DNA from: a virus
Lineage: Duplodnaviria > Caudoviricetes
Length of the DNA: 55,441 bases
Direction: 5' to 3' (one strand)
IMG/VR virus record: IMGVR_UViG_3300044898_000092
Span: 1-55,441 of that record
In this document: positions 18,298 through 27,256 of the stretch, in pieces
Layout: each line of letters starts with the position of its first letter
Position numbering within the stretch: position 1 is the first letter of the stretch
Translations under genes and position numbers: made by a program
The notes under the pieces: model-generated
What the model was told of the DNA's origin: nothing
Database searches by the model: none
What the model saw: the letters and a program-made list of their open reading frames with translations, nothing else

Positions 18298-19560
18298 TTA
18301 CGCCTGAACCAGGTATTTGACAGCGGCGGCGTCACCGAGTTCGCCGTCGAAGCGGATCAGGCCGGCAATGCCGATGTCGGGCCAGAACCGTTCGCGAAGA
18401 ACGCCGATCGCGGGCGGGCCGACCTTGCGCACGTAGTACTTGCCGAAGTCGCCGAACAGCATCGTCTTCTGGCCCGTGGTCATGTTGGCCATGGCCTGGT
18501 TGATGCTGTAGCGGTAGCCGAGAATGTTGCCCGGCGCGCCGGCCGTGATATCGCCCATGCTCCAAATATAGCGGCCTTCGCCATCCTTCAGCTTGCGGAT
18601 GGCAGACAACACAAGATCGTTGAACATGAAGCGCACCTTCGGTGATTGCCGATAGGCAGGATCGACCGAATGGACGAGATCGATGATCTCGTCGCACACG
18701 ACGGCACCAGTAGCAGCCGCCGTCTTGCCGGCGCCCGCGGCGCCGACGACACCCTGGGGCGCGCCAGAGCCGGTTCCCGTGGTCAGTTGCAGATTGGCGA
18801 TCCGCCCAAGGCGCTCACCCAGCAAGCCGCCGAGCAGCGTCTCCATGTTGAAGATTGAATCCTGCGCCAGCTCCATTGAGAAGCGAACGAACTCGGTATC
18901 AAAGACATAAGAGTCCAACGACTTCTGGCCGAAGGTTACGTCCTTCGATCCGTCATCGGTGAGCGCTACGCCTTCGGTATGGGCAACGGCCGTGACGGCG
19001 GTGTCATCGACGGTCGGAATCTTCATCGGATTGCCGCTCGACGTATTGAAGACCGAGGCGATGTCCTCGTCGTACATCGGTCCCCACATCTTCATCGTCT
19101 TGATGATGATGCCAGCGAGTTCGGTCGGGACGGTGTAGCCACCAGCCGTGGTGGTGCCGGCGGTCTGCGCGCGGAATTCGGCCTTCTGCACGACGCCGGC
19201 CTTGAGAATGGTCCGCTCTTCGCCGGTCAGCTCATCGAGGGAGCCGCCAGCCTGCAGCAGCTTGTAGAACACCTCGCGATATTCCAACTTCTTCTCGCCG
19301 GTATCTTCGGCGCGGGTCTCGCCATCCTTCGGCAAAGGCCGCTGCTTCTTGCGCTGCTCTTCCGCGCGAGCTTCAAGCACGGCCTGGCGCTCTTCGCGCT
19401 CGATCTGCTTTTCGATGCGGTCGTATTCCGCCATTGCCGTGTCGTGCTGGGCTTCGAGTTCTTTCGTGCGCGCTTCGTCCGCCTTGTCGATCTGGTCGAG
19501 ACGTTCACGGGCCTCAGCAACAATCGTCGCCTGACGCTCCCGCAGTTCCTTGATGGTCAT
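18298..19560 (-). CDS. Major capsid protein, HK97 fold with N-terminal delta domain
   Basis: Coiled-coil N-terminus; GGYTVP, LKDGEGRYIW, FGDF motifs. Confidence 0.95.
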   Translation of the reverse strand: MTIKELRERQATIVAEARERLDQIDKADEARTKELEAQHDTAMAEYDRIEKQIEREERQAVLEARAEEQRKKQRPLPKDGETRAEDTGEKKLEYREVFYKLLQAGGSLDELTGEERTILKAGVVQKAEFRAQTAGTTTAGGYTVPTELAGIIIKTMKMWGPMYDEDIASVFNTSSGNPMKIPTVDDTAVTAVAHTEGVALTDDGSKDVTFGQKSLDSYVFDTEFVRFSMELAQDSIFNMETLLGGLLGERLGRIANLQLTTGTGSGAPQGVVGAAGAGKTAAATGAVVCDEIIDLVHSVDPAYRQSPKVRFMFNDLVLSAIRKLKDGEGRYIWSMGDITAGAPGNILGYRYSINQAMANMTTGQKTMLFGDFGKYYVRKVGPPAIGVLRERFWPDIGIAGLIRFDGELGDAAAVKYLVQA

Positions 19561-19620
19561 TGGGTAGTTCTCCAAAAAAATGGCTCAGCGAGCCGTTTCA
19601 TTGGGCTTCAGCGGGATCGC

Positions 19621-20208
19621 TTAGGCTTTACTCCGGAGCCTTAACTCCAGGTTCGTTTTCATGCGGAGGCGCTGGCCAGCCGCACTGAAATTCCTGCGCT
19701 TCTGTTCTTTGCGCGCGTCGTCGAGAGACCGCAGCGCGATCGTGGTGTCGTTGTAGGCAGGAAACGCCACGGCGCTGACTTCATACAGATCGACCTTGTG
19801 AATCATTCTCGCTGGAATGGCTCCGCTCTCGTCCCACTCGTCATGAGTGACCTTGAATCCGAATGACATACCTGAGATGTCACCCCGATCAAGCAAGGTC
19901 GCGAGGTCGCGTCCGTCCGTCGTGTCAGGAAGATCGATTTCGACAGATAGCCCAACATTATCTTCGGCGAGCCGCAATGTTTTCGCGCTCGACCGACCGA
20001 TGACGCGTCCAGTGTCATGGTCGATCAGGGCGCGAACGTCGGATGACCGTATCGTTTCGGTGAAAGCGCCCGGCGCGATGGTCTCCGTGAAGTACCCGCC
20101 AATGTCGGTCTTCGCATTGAAGAGGGCGGCGTATCCCACGGCAACCTTGCCGGAGTCGTCGGCGCGCAGCTTAGGCGGACTGGTTATCGCCCGTCGTTCC
20201 AGGGTCAT
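19621..20208 (-). CDS. Prohead protease, HK97 family
   Basis: GYAALFN, ALIDHD, GMSFGF, EVSAVAFPAY motifs. Confidence 0.95.
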   Translation of the reverse strand: MTLERRAITSPPKLRADDSGKVAVGYAALFNAKTDIGGYFTETIAPGAFTETIRSSDVRALIDHDTGRVIGRSSAKTLRLAEDNVGLSVEIDLPDTTDGRDLATLLDRGDISGMSFGFKVTHDEWDESGAIPARMIHKVDLYEVSAVAFPAYNDTTIALRSLDDARKEQKRRNFSAAGQRLRMKTNLELRLRSKA

Positions 20209-21415
20209 TAACCCCTCCATTTGGATTCACGGGAGTTGTGCCGAGTGGCACAGTTGCTCCCTGGATATACGCAACGTCGCCAGCCTTGACCTTCGGTCGC
20301 CCCTCAAGGCCACGAGCCTCGTCCGGGGTGTAAAGAGTGGTTTGAACGCCAAGCGCGAGGGCTTCGATGCGGCTCTTGAAGTCGCCGCGCATCAGCGCAT
20401 CAAGATTGTGTTCGGCGTAACGCGTGCTATTGCGGAAAACTTTAAGATTTATCTCTTCCTCAAACGCTTTTGCCCATTGCGAGACAGTGTGTTTGACGAG
20501 ATGAAGGTCTTGCTGCTCGGTGTTCGAATACGTTCCGTTCGTCAGATCCTGTAGAAACACCGGAGGCAAATTGAAAATGCGCGCGATCTCGATGATCTGA
20601 AACTGTCGCGCCTCTTTCATCTGCCCCTTAGCGGGGTCGAAGCCGACCGGTTTCAGGTCATAACCGCTAGGGATCGGGAAGATTGCTTCGTTTGCCGCCT
20701 TGGCAGCGCCTATGGCTCGCTTGATATCCCCTTGCGCGCGCTTCACGGCTTCATTGCCGGCAGGCATTGGTCCAACAAGCGCCAGCGGTGGAACGCCGCC
20801 GCCAGCAAAAAACCCACCCGCGTAGTCGCCCATCGCAATCGCAAGGGCGATCGCCTTGGCGCCATTCATGACCGGACTGTAAACCCCGAGCTGGTCACGC
20901 CGCAGCATGAATGGGATATCGAGAACATCGGACGCGGGGTAATCACGCCCGTCGTAAGAATAGATTTTCCGGCCTGCTTGATACCTGACAACGGTGAAGC
21001 CGGGGTCGATCGGCCAGATGCCGACGATGTTCGTCCCGCTTCGTTCGATCCAAGAAAGCCCGCGCCCGCCCGTGAAGACTTGCTGCCAGAAATACTTGCG
21101 CCATCCGAAACTGGTCCACTCTTCATTCGGCGCTTCGTTTAGAAGCTTTTGGACACCACCCTTAATCCGTTCCGTTCCGGCATCCGCCATGTGCTTCATA
21201 GCGTACAGGGGAAGATTCGCCATGCAGCCGGAGAGGAAGAGGACCGCGGAACTAAACGCAGGAACCGTCATCGCAGAATCGACGGTTACGCTCGGAAGAT
21301 TCGCCGATTGAATACCGAAGAACGCGAGGAAATCCCCATCACTCACCGGCACAGTCGGAAGGCCCGAGGGCTGCGACCTTTCCTCGCGCGTGATGTTGTA
21401 ACCAAATAGTTTCAC
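20171..21415 (-). CDS. Portal protein, HK97 family
   Basis: LNEAPN, EIARIFNLPP, TYSNTEQQ, LMRGD, TPDEAR motifs. Confidence 0.95.
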   Translation of the reverse strand: MKLFGYNITREERSQPSGLPTVPVSDGDFLAFFGIQSANLPSVTVDSAMTVPAFSSAVLFLSGCMANLPLYAMKHMADAGTERIKGGVQKLLNEAPNEEWTSFGWRKYFWQQVFTGGRGLSWIERSGTNIVGIWPIDPGFTVVRYQAGRKIYSYDGRDYPASDVLDIPFMLRRDQLGVYSPVMNGAKAIALAIAMGDYAGGFFAGGGVPPLALVGPMPAGNEAVKRAQGDIKRAIGAAKAANEAIFPIPSGYDLKPVGFDPAKGQMKEARQFQIIEIARIFNLPPVFLQDLTNGTYSNTEQQDLHLVKHTVSQWAKAFEEEINLKVFRNSTRYAEHNLDALMRGDFKSRIEALALGVQTTLYTPDEARGLEGRPKVKAGDVAYIQGATVPLGTTPVNPNGGVNDPGTTGDNQSA

Positions 21416-23319
21416 GATGCCACCAGTGAGAAGTTAGGGTCATCCCAAGGTGACGATGGAGCAGACTCCAACCCGTCATACGAAAGCGCCGCGCCCACGG
21501 CTTGGGCTAAGGCAATCGCGCAATCTATCTTCTGCGTCGATCTCTCTTTGGCCAGCCAGTAGTTTCCCCAGCGGTCCTTGTCTGTAACCGCTGACATCAT
21601 CGCCGAAATCAAAACCGGATTGATCCGAATGCGTATCCGCTTCTCTAGGATCAACTCTTCGAGTTGCCGGATGCTGCCCGGCATCCAGAGACCTTCAGGG
21701 TCGCGGTTCGCTGCTTTCGCAGCCTCCTTCATTGCCTCGTTGGGCTGCCCCTTTTTGGTGCCGCCCTGAGGATGTTCGACGAATTCGATTTTAATTCCGA
21801 GATTGTCGCACTCCGGCTCAAAGCCGCGCTTGAAGGCGTACCGATCGTAAGCGAGACACTTGATCGTAAACTCATGAGCAGCTTCCGCCACCGCCTGCGC
21901 GACGTGCTGGTAGCTGATGCTCGCACCCTTCGGGGCGTTTAAGAAATTGTCCCGTATCCAGATATCGTAAGGCGCCTTGTCGTGGTCTTGCCGCGCCTTC
22001 ACCGTGTCACCCGGAGTCCAGGCTTCGATCCACGCGTCAAAGGTAGGTTTGACAGAGATTGATTTCTTTCCGTCCCTCTCCGTCTCTACCTGAACAGTCC
22101 CGGTCTTCACGCAGTAGCCGAGCGCCGTGATGTCCTTGTTCTGAGAAAGATCGCAGCCCATCCAAGCTGCGGCGCCATGATGGATGGCGGGATCGAATTC
22201 TGCGAGGCACGGCTCCAATACCGCCCGCGTCATCCACGCTGTCTCGGCTTCAGTCCAAACGCAGAAGTGAAGCCGCAGAATATTATTGAGCTTCGCAGGG
22301 ATGTCCTTACCCTGCTTGACGTTGATCGCCAGATATTCCTCAGTAATCGTCACACCGAGGAGAGGGTTTGCCTTTATCCAGCACGACCGATCTTCTAGCG
22401 GGTCGTCGCCCTTATCGAGACCGCACACATACGAAAATGTTGTGTCGTCGATTATCTCGCCTAAATAAAACGCGTCGTCATCCTTGGCTTCGCGGTTACC
22501 GGCCGCGACCCTGATTGCGTGTTGGTGTTCGGTGTAGCAGACCGAATTTCGGTCACTGCCACTGTTCGTAATCATCAGCAAGAGTGGCTGGCGACGAAAT
22601 TTGAAGCCCCGCTCTAGAATTTCCAAAACACCAGCGTCGGGATGCTCGTGCAGCTCGTCAACTAGCGCGAAGTGTGGGCGCGGACCGGAGCCTGTCTTTT
22701 TTGTTTCGCGGGAGACCGGCCGGAAGAACGATGAGGTTTTCAGGTATGCGATATTGTGCTCGCGACCCTCACCGCCACTCATTCTCAGCCGACTGTTCAA
22801 TGCCGGCGACTTCTTCACCATCTTCACGGCGTCGTCGAACAGAACGCTCGCCTGCTCTTTCGTCGCGCCAGCGGAATATATTTGAGCGCCTGGCTCGCCG
22901 TCCGATGTGAGACCGATCAATCCAATCCCGCCCGCCAGTGGCGATTTTCCGTTACCCTTCCCTTGCTCGATATAGGCGCGGCGAAAGCGCCTGGCGCCGT
23001 CTAGCTTCTTCCATCCGAAGATGGAGCCGATGATGAAATCTTGCGGAGGCGCCGCCCTGAACGGTTCGCCGTCAAACTGACCTTCACTCAGCTTCAGCTT
23101 CTCTTCAAAGAACCGCAGCGCCTTTGCCGCAGCCTCCTTGTCGAAGATGATATCCTTGCGTTTCAGATCCCCGAGATGGCGTCGGCAGGCGTTGCGGACG
23201 TGCGGCCCGGCGATAATCTTTCCGGAAACAACCGCCTTCGCGTAAGTAGTGGCACGATCCGGCGGAGCCTTCTCAGTCGCCGAAGTGCTCGTCTTTGTCT
23301 TTGTTCTTGCTTTCATCAA
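21412..23319 (-). CDS. terL: Terminase large subunit
   Basis: Walker A GKGNGKS, Walker B ALVDELHE, ITNSG, KANP, C-terminal KIDCAIA. Confidence 0.96.
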   Translation of the reverse strand: MMKARTKTKTSTSATEKAPPDRATTYAKAVVSGKIIAGPHVRNACRRHLGDLKRKDIIFDKEAAAKALRFFEEKLKLSEGQFDGEPFRAAPPQDFIIGSIFGWKKLDGARRFRRAYIEQGKGNGKSPLAGGIGLIGLTSDGEPGAQIYSAGATKEQASVLFDDAVKMVKKSPALNSRLRMSGGEGREHNIAYLKTSSFFRPVSRETKKTGSGPRPHFALVDELHEHPDAGVLEILERGFKFRRQPLLLMITNSGSDRNSVCYTEHQHAIRVAAGNREAKDDDAFYLGEIIDDTTFSYVCGLDKGDDPLEDRSCWIKANPLLGVTITEEYLAINVKQGKDIPAKLNNILRLHFCVWTEAETAWMTRAVLEPCLAEFDPAIHHGAAAWMGCDLSQNKDITALGYCVKTGTVQVETERDGKKSISVKPTFDAWIEAWTPGDTVKARQDHDKAPYDIWIRDNFLNAPKGASISYQHVAQAVAEAAHEFTIKCLAYDRYAFKRGFEPECDNLGIKIEFVEHPQGGTKKGQPNEAMKEAAKAANRDPEGLWMPGSIRQLEELILEKRIRIRINPVLISAMMSAVTDKDRWGNYWLAKERSTQKIDCAIALAQAVGAALSYDGLESAPSSPWDDPNFSLVAS

Positions 23320-23674
23320 TCACGCGGTTGCGCTCATCGGTCAGGCCCAGTTCGCTCATGTACGCGCGCAACTGCCCGTGCTTCGCGGCGGGAAAACTGA
23401 TCGGAGCAAAACGAAATTCCTGCCAGAGTTCGCAGAACGCGATCGCGGCCGGCTCGCGTGACGCGTCGAGCCATGACGCCGGCTCAATATATTTTTTCCA
23501 AGCCGCTAGCCCGAAGCTCTTCAGGAACTTAGGGCGCGTGAGTTTGCCAAAACTCGCCGCGGACTTCTCGACTGCTTCGCGAGCCGCATCTTCTTCGCCG
23601 TGGCGATTCTTCCGATGCGTTCCTTCTACAAGCCGGAGATGAGCCGCCTTAGGCTTTGCTCCCCTGGCTGCCAT
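23273..23674 (-). CDS. terS: Terminase small subunit (P27-like)
   Basis: RGAKPK..HLRLVEGT N-terminus, ELGLT C-terminus; upstream of terL. Confidence 0.85.
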   Translation of the reverse strand: MAARGAKPKAAHLRLVEGTHRKNRHGEEDAAREAVEKSAASFGKLTRPKFLKSFGLAAWKKYIEPASWLDASREPAAIAFCELWQEFRFAPISFPAAKHGQLRAYMSELGLTDERNRVIDESKNKDKDEHFGD

Positions 23675-23775
23675 ATTGGATACCTCAGGACATTAATCTG
23701 GCTTTTTGCGCGCTTTTGACCTGCGGTCTAGAGTGCCCTACTATTTAGAAACTGACCTACCCCTCCCCGGGGGTG
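23675..23775. other. Probable cos/packaging region
   Basis: Non-coding gap between HNH and terS, the usual cos position in HK97-like phages; exact cut site not determined. Confidence 0.45.
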
Positions 23776-24110
23776 ACCGGCCATCCATCCGCACCTATCA
23801 TCTGCCGCACTCGACCGCCGCGCTCAACGCGCTGTTGGTCGCCATCGTGACAGGGCTTGCACATAGAATTGAACGGACCGTTCCAGAACTTCTCAGGGTC
23901 GCCGTTGTGTCGCTCTGCATGGTTGCAGACCGTGGCTATCGTTCGACTGCCACGATTAAGACAGAGCCAACAAAGGGGATGGGACGCTAGTTGTACGGAT
24001 CGAATAGCCCGCCATCGTGCGGTCTTATACCAAGCGCGCCATGGGTTCCGCTGCTGGCGCCTAGTGTCACGCTCACGGTTGCGTTGCCGTACATCTAACG
24101 GCTTCGGCAC
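23757..24110 (-). CDS. Packaging-associated HNH endonuclease (HK97 gp74-like)
   Basis: PLCWLC...ATVCNH...H.GD...CKPCHD; adjacent to terS. Confidence 0.85.
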   Translation of the reverse strand: MPKPLDVRQRNRERDTRRQQRNPWRAWYKTARWRAIRSVQLASHPLCWLCLNRGSRTIATVCNHAERHNGDPEKFWNGPFNSMCKPCHDGDQQRVERGGRVRQMIGADGWPVTPGEG

Positions 24111-24290
24111 CTACTCCCTGCCCGCCCGTATCGTCCGCACCGCAGCCCAGAACGCCCACACGAAGCACGCCACCATGATTAACGCCCACATCCAGAACAG
24201 CCACCACCGGCCTTCGAGTATCGAAACAACCGCTTGCACCGCACATACCACCGCACACAGAACAGCCGCAACGAACTGCGCGCGTTTCAT
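24111..24290 (-). CDS. 59-aa two-TM protein (not in ORF track)
   Basis: MKRAQFVAAVLCAVVCAVQAVVSILEGRWWLFWMWALIMVACFVWAFWAAVRTIRAGRE; GAGG RBS. Confidence 0.6.
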   Translation of the reverse strand: MKRAQFVAAVLCAVVCAVQAVVSILEGRWWLFWMWALIMVACFVWAFWAAVRTIRAGRE

Positions 24291-24380
24291 GGTTGCCTCG
24301 ATTTGGAATCAGGCGGTTGAAGCTAAGTTGCGATGCATCCGGGCCTTAGCTGCCCTTCAATCGCTCGCCGCCTGAATTGG

Positions 24381-24566
24381 TTATGAGCCGTCGTGTGCTG
24401 GCGCGCTGTATTCCGCTGGCGCCGTATCTTCCGGGTCCGCGTGACGCATCGTGAGGTCGGATTGCGTTGGTGCCGCCAGACCGAATCTCTCGCGGCGAAA
24501 CTTGATCCGCGCCTTCCCGCCGTCCTTTGGTGCTGGTGTTGGGAATGCGAGAACGGTTGCGGTCAT
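24381..24566 (-). CDS. Hypothetical protein
   Basis: 61-aa ORF, MTATVLAFP N-terminus typical of alphaproteobacterial phage small proteins. Confidence 0.5.
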   Translation of the reverse strand: MTATVLAFPTPAPKDGGKARIKFRRERFGLAAPTQSDLTMRHADPEDTAPAEYSAPAHDGS

Positions 24567-24569
24567 GCA

Positions 24570-24917
24570 CTATCTGCTGGTTTGTGCGAGCGCACGATCT
24601 TGGCTGCGACCTTCCATGCCGCGACGTAAAGCGGGTTGCCGGCGCGGGTTTCTAGTTCGCGCGCTATCGCTTCAAGTTTCTCGCGCAACGATGCGTTGGC
24701 GTCCGGCAGAGCAATATTCATTGGGTGAACCATGCGCCGCGCCCACCACTGGCAAGGCCAGTCTGGCGGGCTGTCCCGAAACCGGGGATACGCAACCGAC
24801 AGGAATTCAACCTGCTGAGCGATTGCGCGGTCTCGTCTGGCGATTCGGAGTCGTGAAGCCAGCCGAACACATAAGGCGGTAAATGATTTGTGTTCATCGC
24901 GATATTAAAACTTTCGG
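24570..24917 (-). promoter_or_regulatory. Late-operon promoter/leader with several hairpins
   Basis: About 350 nt without a convincing minus-strand gene just downstream of the NusG-like gene; hairpins at 24791-24827 and 24837-24862; inverted repeat at 24865-24895. Confidence 0.55.
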
Positions 24918-25565
24918 TTATTCACAAACAGCCGTTTCAAGGCTGTGGATTTTCGAATGAGGAAGGATAATCTTCATGTTGTCGCGCAAGATCTGAACTC
25001 GACCTGAGCCACGCTGCTGAAGCATCACGCCGATCCACTCTTCACCTGTCGGGCCTTCGACGCGGACGCGTTTACCTTCCTCAAATTCAACCTCCGGCTT
25101 GCCCGATAGACGCGCCGCCTCGTCTGCGGCGCGCTTTGCCATCAAACGCTGGTAACTCTCGAATGCCGAAGCATCCTCCCATTTGAGCCGATCGACCTCG
25201 GACGCCGACAGTCCGGCCGGGACCATTTCCCCGTGGCTATCGGCGACCTTCATGAACCCGCGAACACCGCGCACGGCCTTGACACCCTCGAAGTCCCATT
25301 GACCGTGCTCGAAGCGGACAAAGTCGTAACCTGGTATCATTGCCTTGGCGCGGTTCTCATAGACCCGACGCCCGTTTTCCGTGCGGTTCGTGCGCTGCGG
25401 TCGATACTCTGCAGGACAGAACGACTCGTAGCCGCGGACATTGAGCGCGATGGAAACGCAAATTTCTTGGTTCGGCTCGCACAGCACGATATGCCAACCC
25501 GAATTGATGACCGGCCGCTGCTGCGTCGTTATCTTCGGCTCGATCAGCGCTTGCAGTTCCTGCAC
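24918..25565 (-). CDS. NusG/RfaH-family transcription antiterminator
   Basis: NGN domain WHIVLCEPNQE...MIPGYDFVRF...VRGVRGFM; KOW-like FEEGKRVRVEGP; occupies the lambda-Q position. Confidence 0.85.
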   Translation of the reverse strand: MQELQALIEPKITTQQRPVINSGWHIVLCEPNQEICVSIALNVRGYESFCPAEYRPQRTNRTENGRRVYENRAKAMIPGYDFVRFEHGQWDFEGVKAVRGVRGFMKVADSHGEMVPAGLSASEVDRLKWEDASAFESYQRLMAKRAADEAARLSGKPEVEFEEGKRVRVEGPTGEEWIGVMLQQRGSGRVQILRDNMKIILPHSKIHSLETAVCE

Positions 25566-25636
25566 TTCCGTATCCCCTACATTGTCCCTGTGATGCGATA
25601 TTATTGGCCCGGATACGCTGGCCGTGAACTTTTCGT

Positions 25637-25822
25637 TTAACTCAAACCGAAGTTTATCGCCTCTGCAAACGACTCGAGAAGCGACGCACGAGTCCGCATC
25701 TCTTGCTGCGTTTGAAGATCACTCGAAAATGCAGATTGCGCGCGCTGCCGAATTCCTTCGGCGTCATGCTTTAGATATTTTGCCACACTCTCCCAATTGA
25801 TATTCTTCTCTGCCATCTCCAT
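25637..25822 (-). CDS. Hypothetical protein
   Basis: Short ORF with GGAGAG RBS, bracketed by repeated spacers. Confidence 0.55.
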   Translation of the reverse strand: MEMAEKNINWESVAKYLKHDAEGIRQRAQSAFSSDLQTQQEMRTRASLLESFAEAINFGLS

Positions 25823-25860
25823 CTCTCCCCTGTGATGCACTATGGGCGGGTGCGCCGCGT

Positions 25861-26142
25861 TTAAAATTCGATGCCAGCCTTGGTTAGCTCATCCTCAATT
25901 TCTTTGATGCGCTTAGGCGCGGCGCTGCGCGCATGCTGCAGAATTTCCGCCATGATCGTTTTATCGTCGATCATTACGGTCGACGACATGACCTCGGAAT
26001 TGTAACGACCTGTTTCTAGGTCATACCAGCTTGGTATAAAAATTCCGATGTGCGTAGCGTTTCCCGTCTTGCTCATGAACGAAAGAAGCTCATTGCGCTC
26101 AGACAACATCCGCTCATAGTTCTTCAGATCATCAAGTTTCAT
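25861..26142 (-). CDS. Hypothetical protein
   Basis: 93 aa, GAGGGAGAG RBS. Confidence 0.65.
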   Translation of the reverse strand: MKLDDLKNYERMLSERNELLSFMSKTGNATHIGIFIPSWYDLETGRYNSEVMSSTVMIDDKTIMAEILQHARSAAPKRIKEIEDELTKAGIEF

Positions 26143-26191
26143 TTTCTCTCTCCCTCTAATGCGAACTAGGCCCGGCTAGGATGGGCGACAC

Positions 26192-26413
26192 TTACGCCGT
26201 TCGGTTTTTCCACTCGCCGATAGTAATCTCAACCAACCCGCCGGCATCGCGGCGCCAAGCCGTACCAAGAGATTCGTCTGCGACATGATCTTGGCCACAC
26301 GCAGAGCAGCGGATTTTAGAACCATATTTCGGAAGAGGCTCAACATCGAAATCAATACCCTGAATTGGGCAGTCGTATTCGAGGAATTCCATCCTCTCAG
26401 CTCCGATGGTCAT
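26192..26413 (-). CDS. Small Cys/His protein
   Basis: Start MTIGAERM coupled to upstream stop; CP...CSACGQDH. Confidence 0.55.
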   Translation of the reverse strand: MTIGAERMEFLEYDCPIQGIDFDVEPLPKYGSKIRCSACGQDHVADESLGTAWRRDAGGLVEITIGEWKNRTA

Positions 26414-26595
26414 CAACGCTCGTCCTTTGGTTCCGGGAGATAAAACGTTCCGTTGAATCTTCGCCACTCTGCGGCTCCGGTTTCGTGCTCCCAAAACTCT
26501 TCAACGCGAGTCCGAAACCAGCCGCACACGATGCGCCTACGACCCGTCGCACACCATCCGCAGGCTTCATAATCAGTCGGTTCATCGGGCATCAC
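26413..26595 (-). CDS. Hypothetical protein
   Basis: Coupled at both ends; CGWC motif. Confidence 0.5.
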   Translation of the reverse strand: MMPDEPTDYEACGWCATGRRRIVCGWFRTRVEEFWEHETGAAEWRRFNGTFYLPEPKDER

Positions 26596-26759
26596 GCCAC
26601 AGCCTCATCCGATGCTGGAGGGGATTCTGTTTCGGCAGATCGACGACCTGAAAACGCCTCGCATATTTTCCGCAAGATGTGCGCCTGAAATTCGACGAAC
26701 AGCGCATCGTTTTGATTTGTTGCCAACGGTCGAAATTCAATAACATGATCTGCGCTCAT
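26592..26759 (-). CDS. 55-aa hypothetical protein (not in ORF track)
   Basis: MSADHVIEFRPL...SPPASDEAVA; ATGA/GTGA coupled. Confidence 0.5.
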   Translation of the reverse strand: MSADHVIEFRPLATNQNDALFVEFQAHILRKICEAFSGRRSAETESPPASDEAVA

Positions 26760-27256
26760 GCGACCCTTTCCTCCCCCTCAGATGCAGGAGGGAGTTCGCC
26801 GGCTGATAAATCTGCCGATAATTTTCTCAGACCACTGAGTACGTAATCGTCTTGTTCTGGCGTGTTTCGATTCTGGTCACGCTCCGCGATTTCAGCGCGC
26901 CGTTGCGCGTCCTGACGTTCGCGCGCCTCACGCTGGCGCCGCGGCATGTCTTCCGCTTCGCATGCACGATACACTTCCGCCACGGTCGGCAGAAAATCTT
27001 TCTGAATCGGTAGCCCCGACGCTGGATGCGTCACAGCCCGAATCACATCCTCCGGGTATCGCGCCAGCGTCGCCGTGACTGCGGCAACATAAACATCCGG
27101 ATCGTTCGCGTCACCCTTGCGATAGCAACCGAACAGGAGCCGCGCCCGTTCCGCTGCGTATCTCGTCAGGATTGTCGGGTCCGGCGTCGAAAGACCTGAC
27201 CGTGTCAACGAGACGGTCAGCGGCTTGAATGATGTTGCCTCGTTCGGATTTTCCAT
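26756..27256 (-). CDS. Replication-associated protein (helicase-loader position)
   Basis: ANDPDVYVAAV...YPEDVI...FLPTVAEV motif typical of the gene after the initiator. Confidence 0.6.
   Translation of the reverse strand: MENPNEATSFKPLTVSLTRSGLSTPDPTILTRYAAERARLLFGCYRKGDANDPDVYVAAVTATLARYPEDVIRAVTHPASGLPIQKDFLPTVAEVYRACEAEDMPRRQREARERQDAQRRAEIAERDQNRNTPEQDDYVLSGLRKLSADLSAGELPPASEGEERVA

Noticed and set aside
24780-24870. Possible tRNA gene
   Set aside because: Only a T-arm/acceptor-like minihelix; no D arm, anticodon arm or CCA, so it is reported as a structure rather than a tRNA
24875-24885. GGCGGTAAATG resembling the RfaH ops element
   Set aside because: Lies on the template strand for late (minus-strand) transcription and deviates from GGCGGTAG
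25570-26191. CRISPR array, integron attC or full dif sites
   Set aside because: Repeats are short, degenerate and gene-spaced; no cas genes, no RYYYAAC/GTTRRRY boxes, no XerD arm
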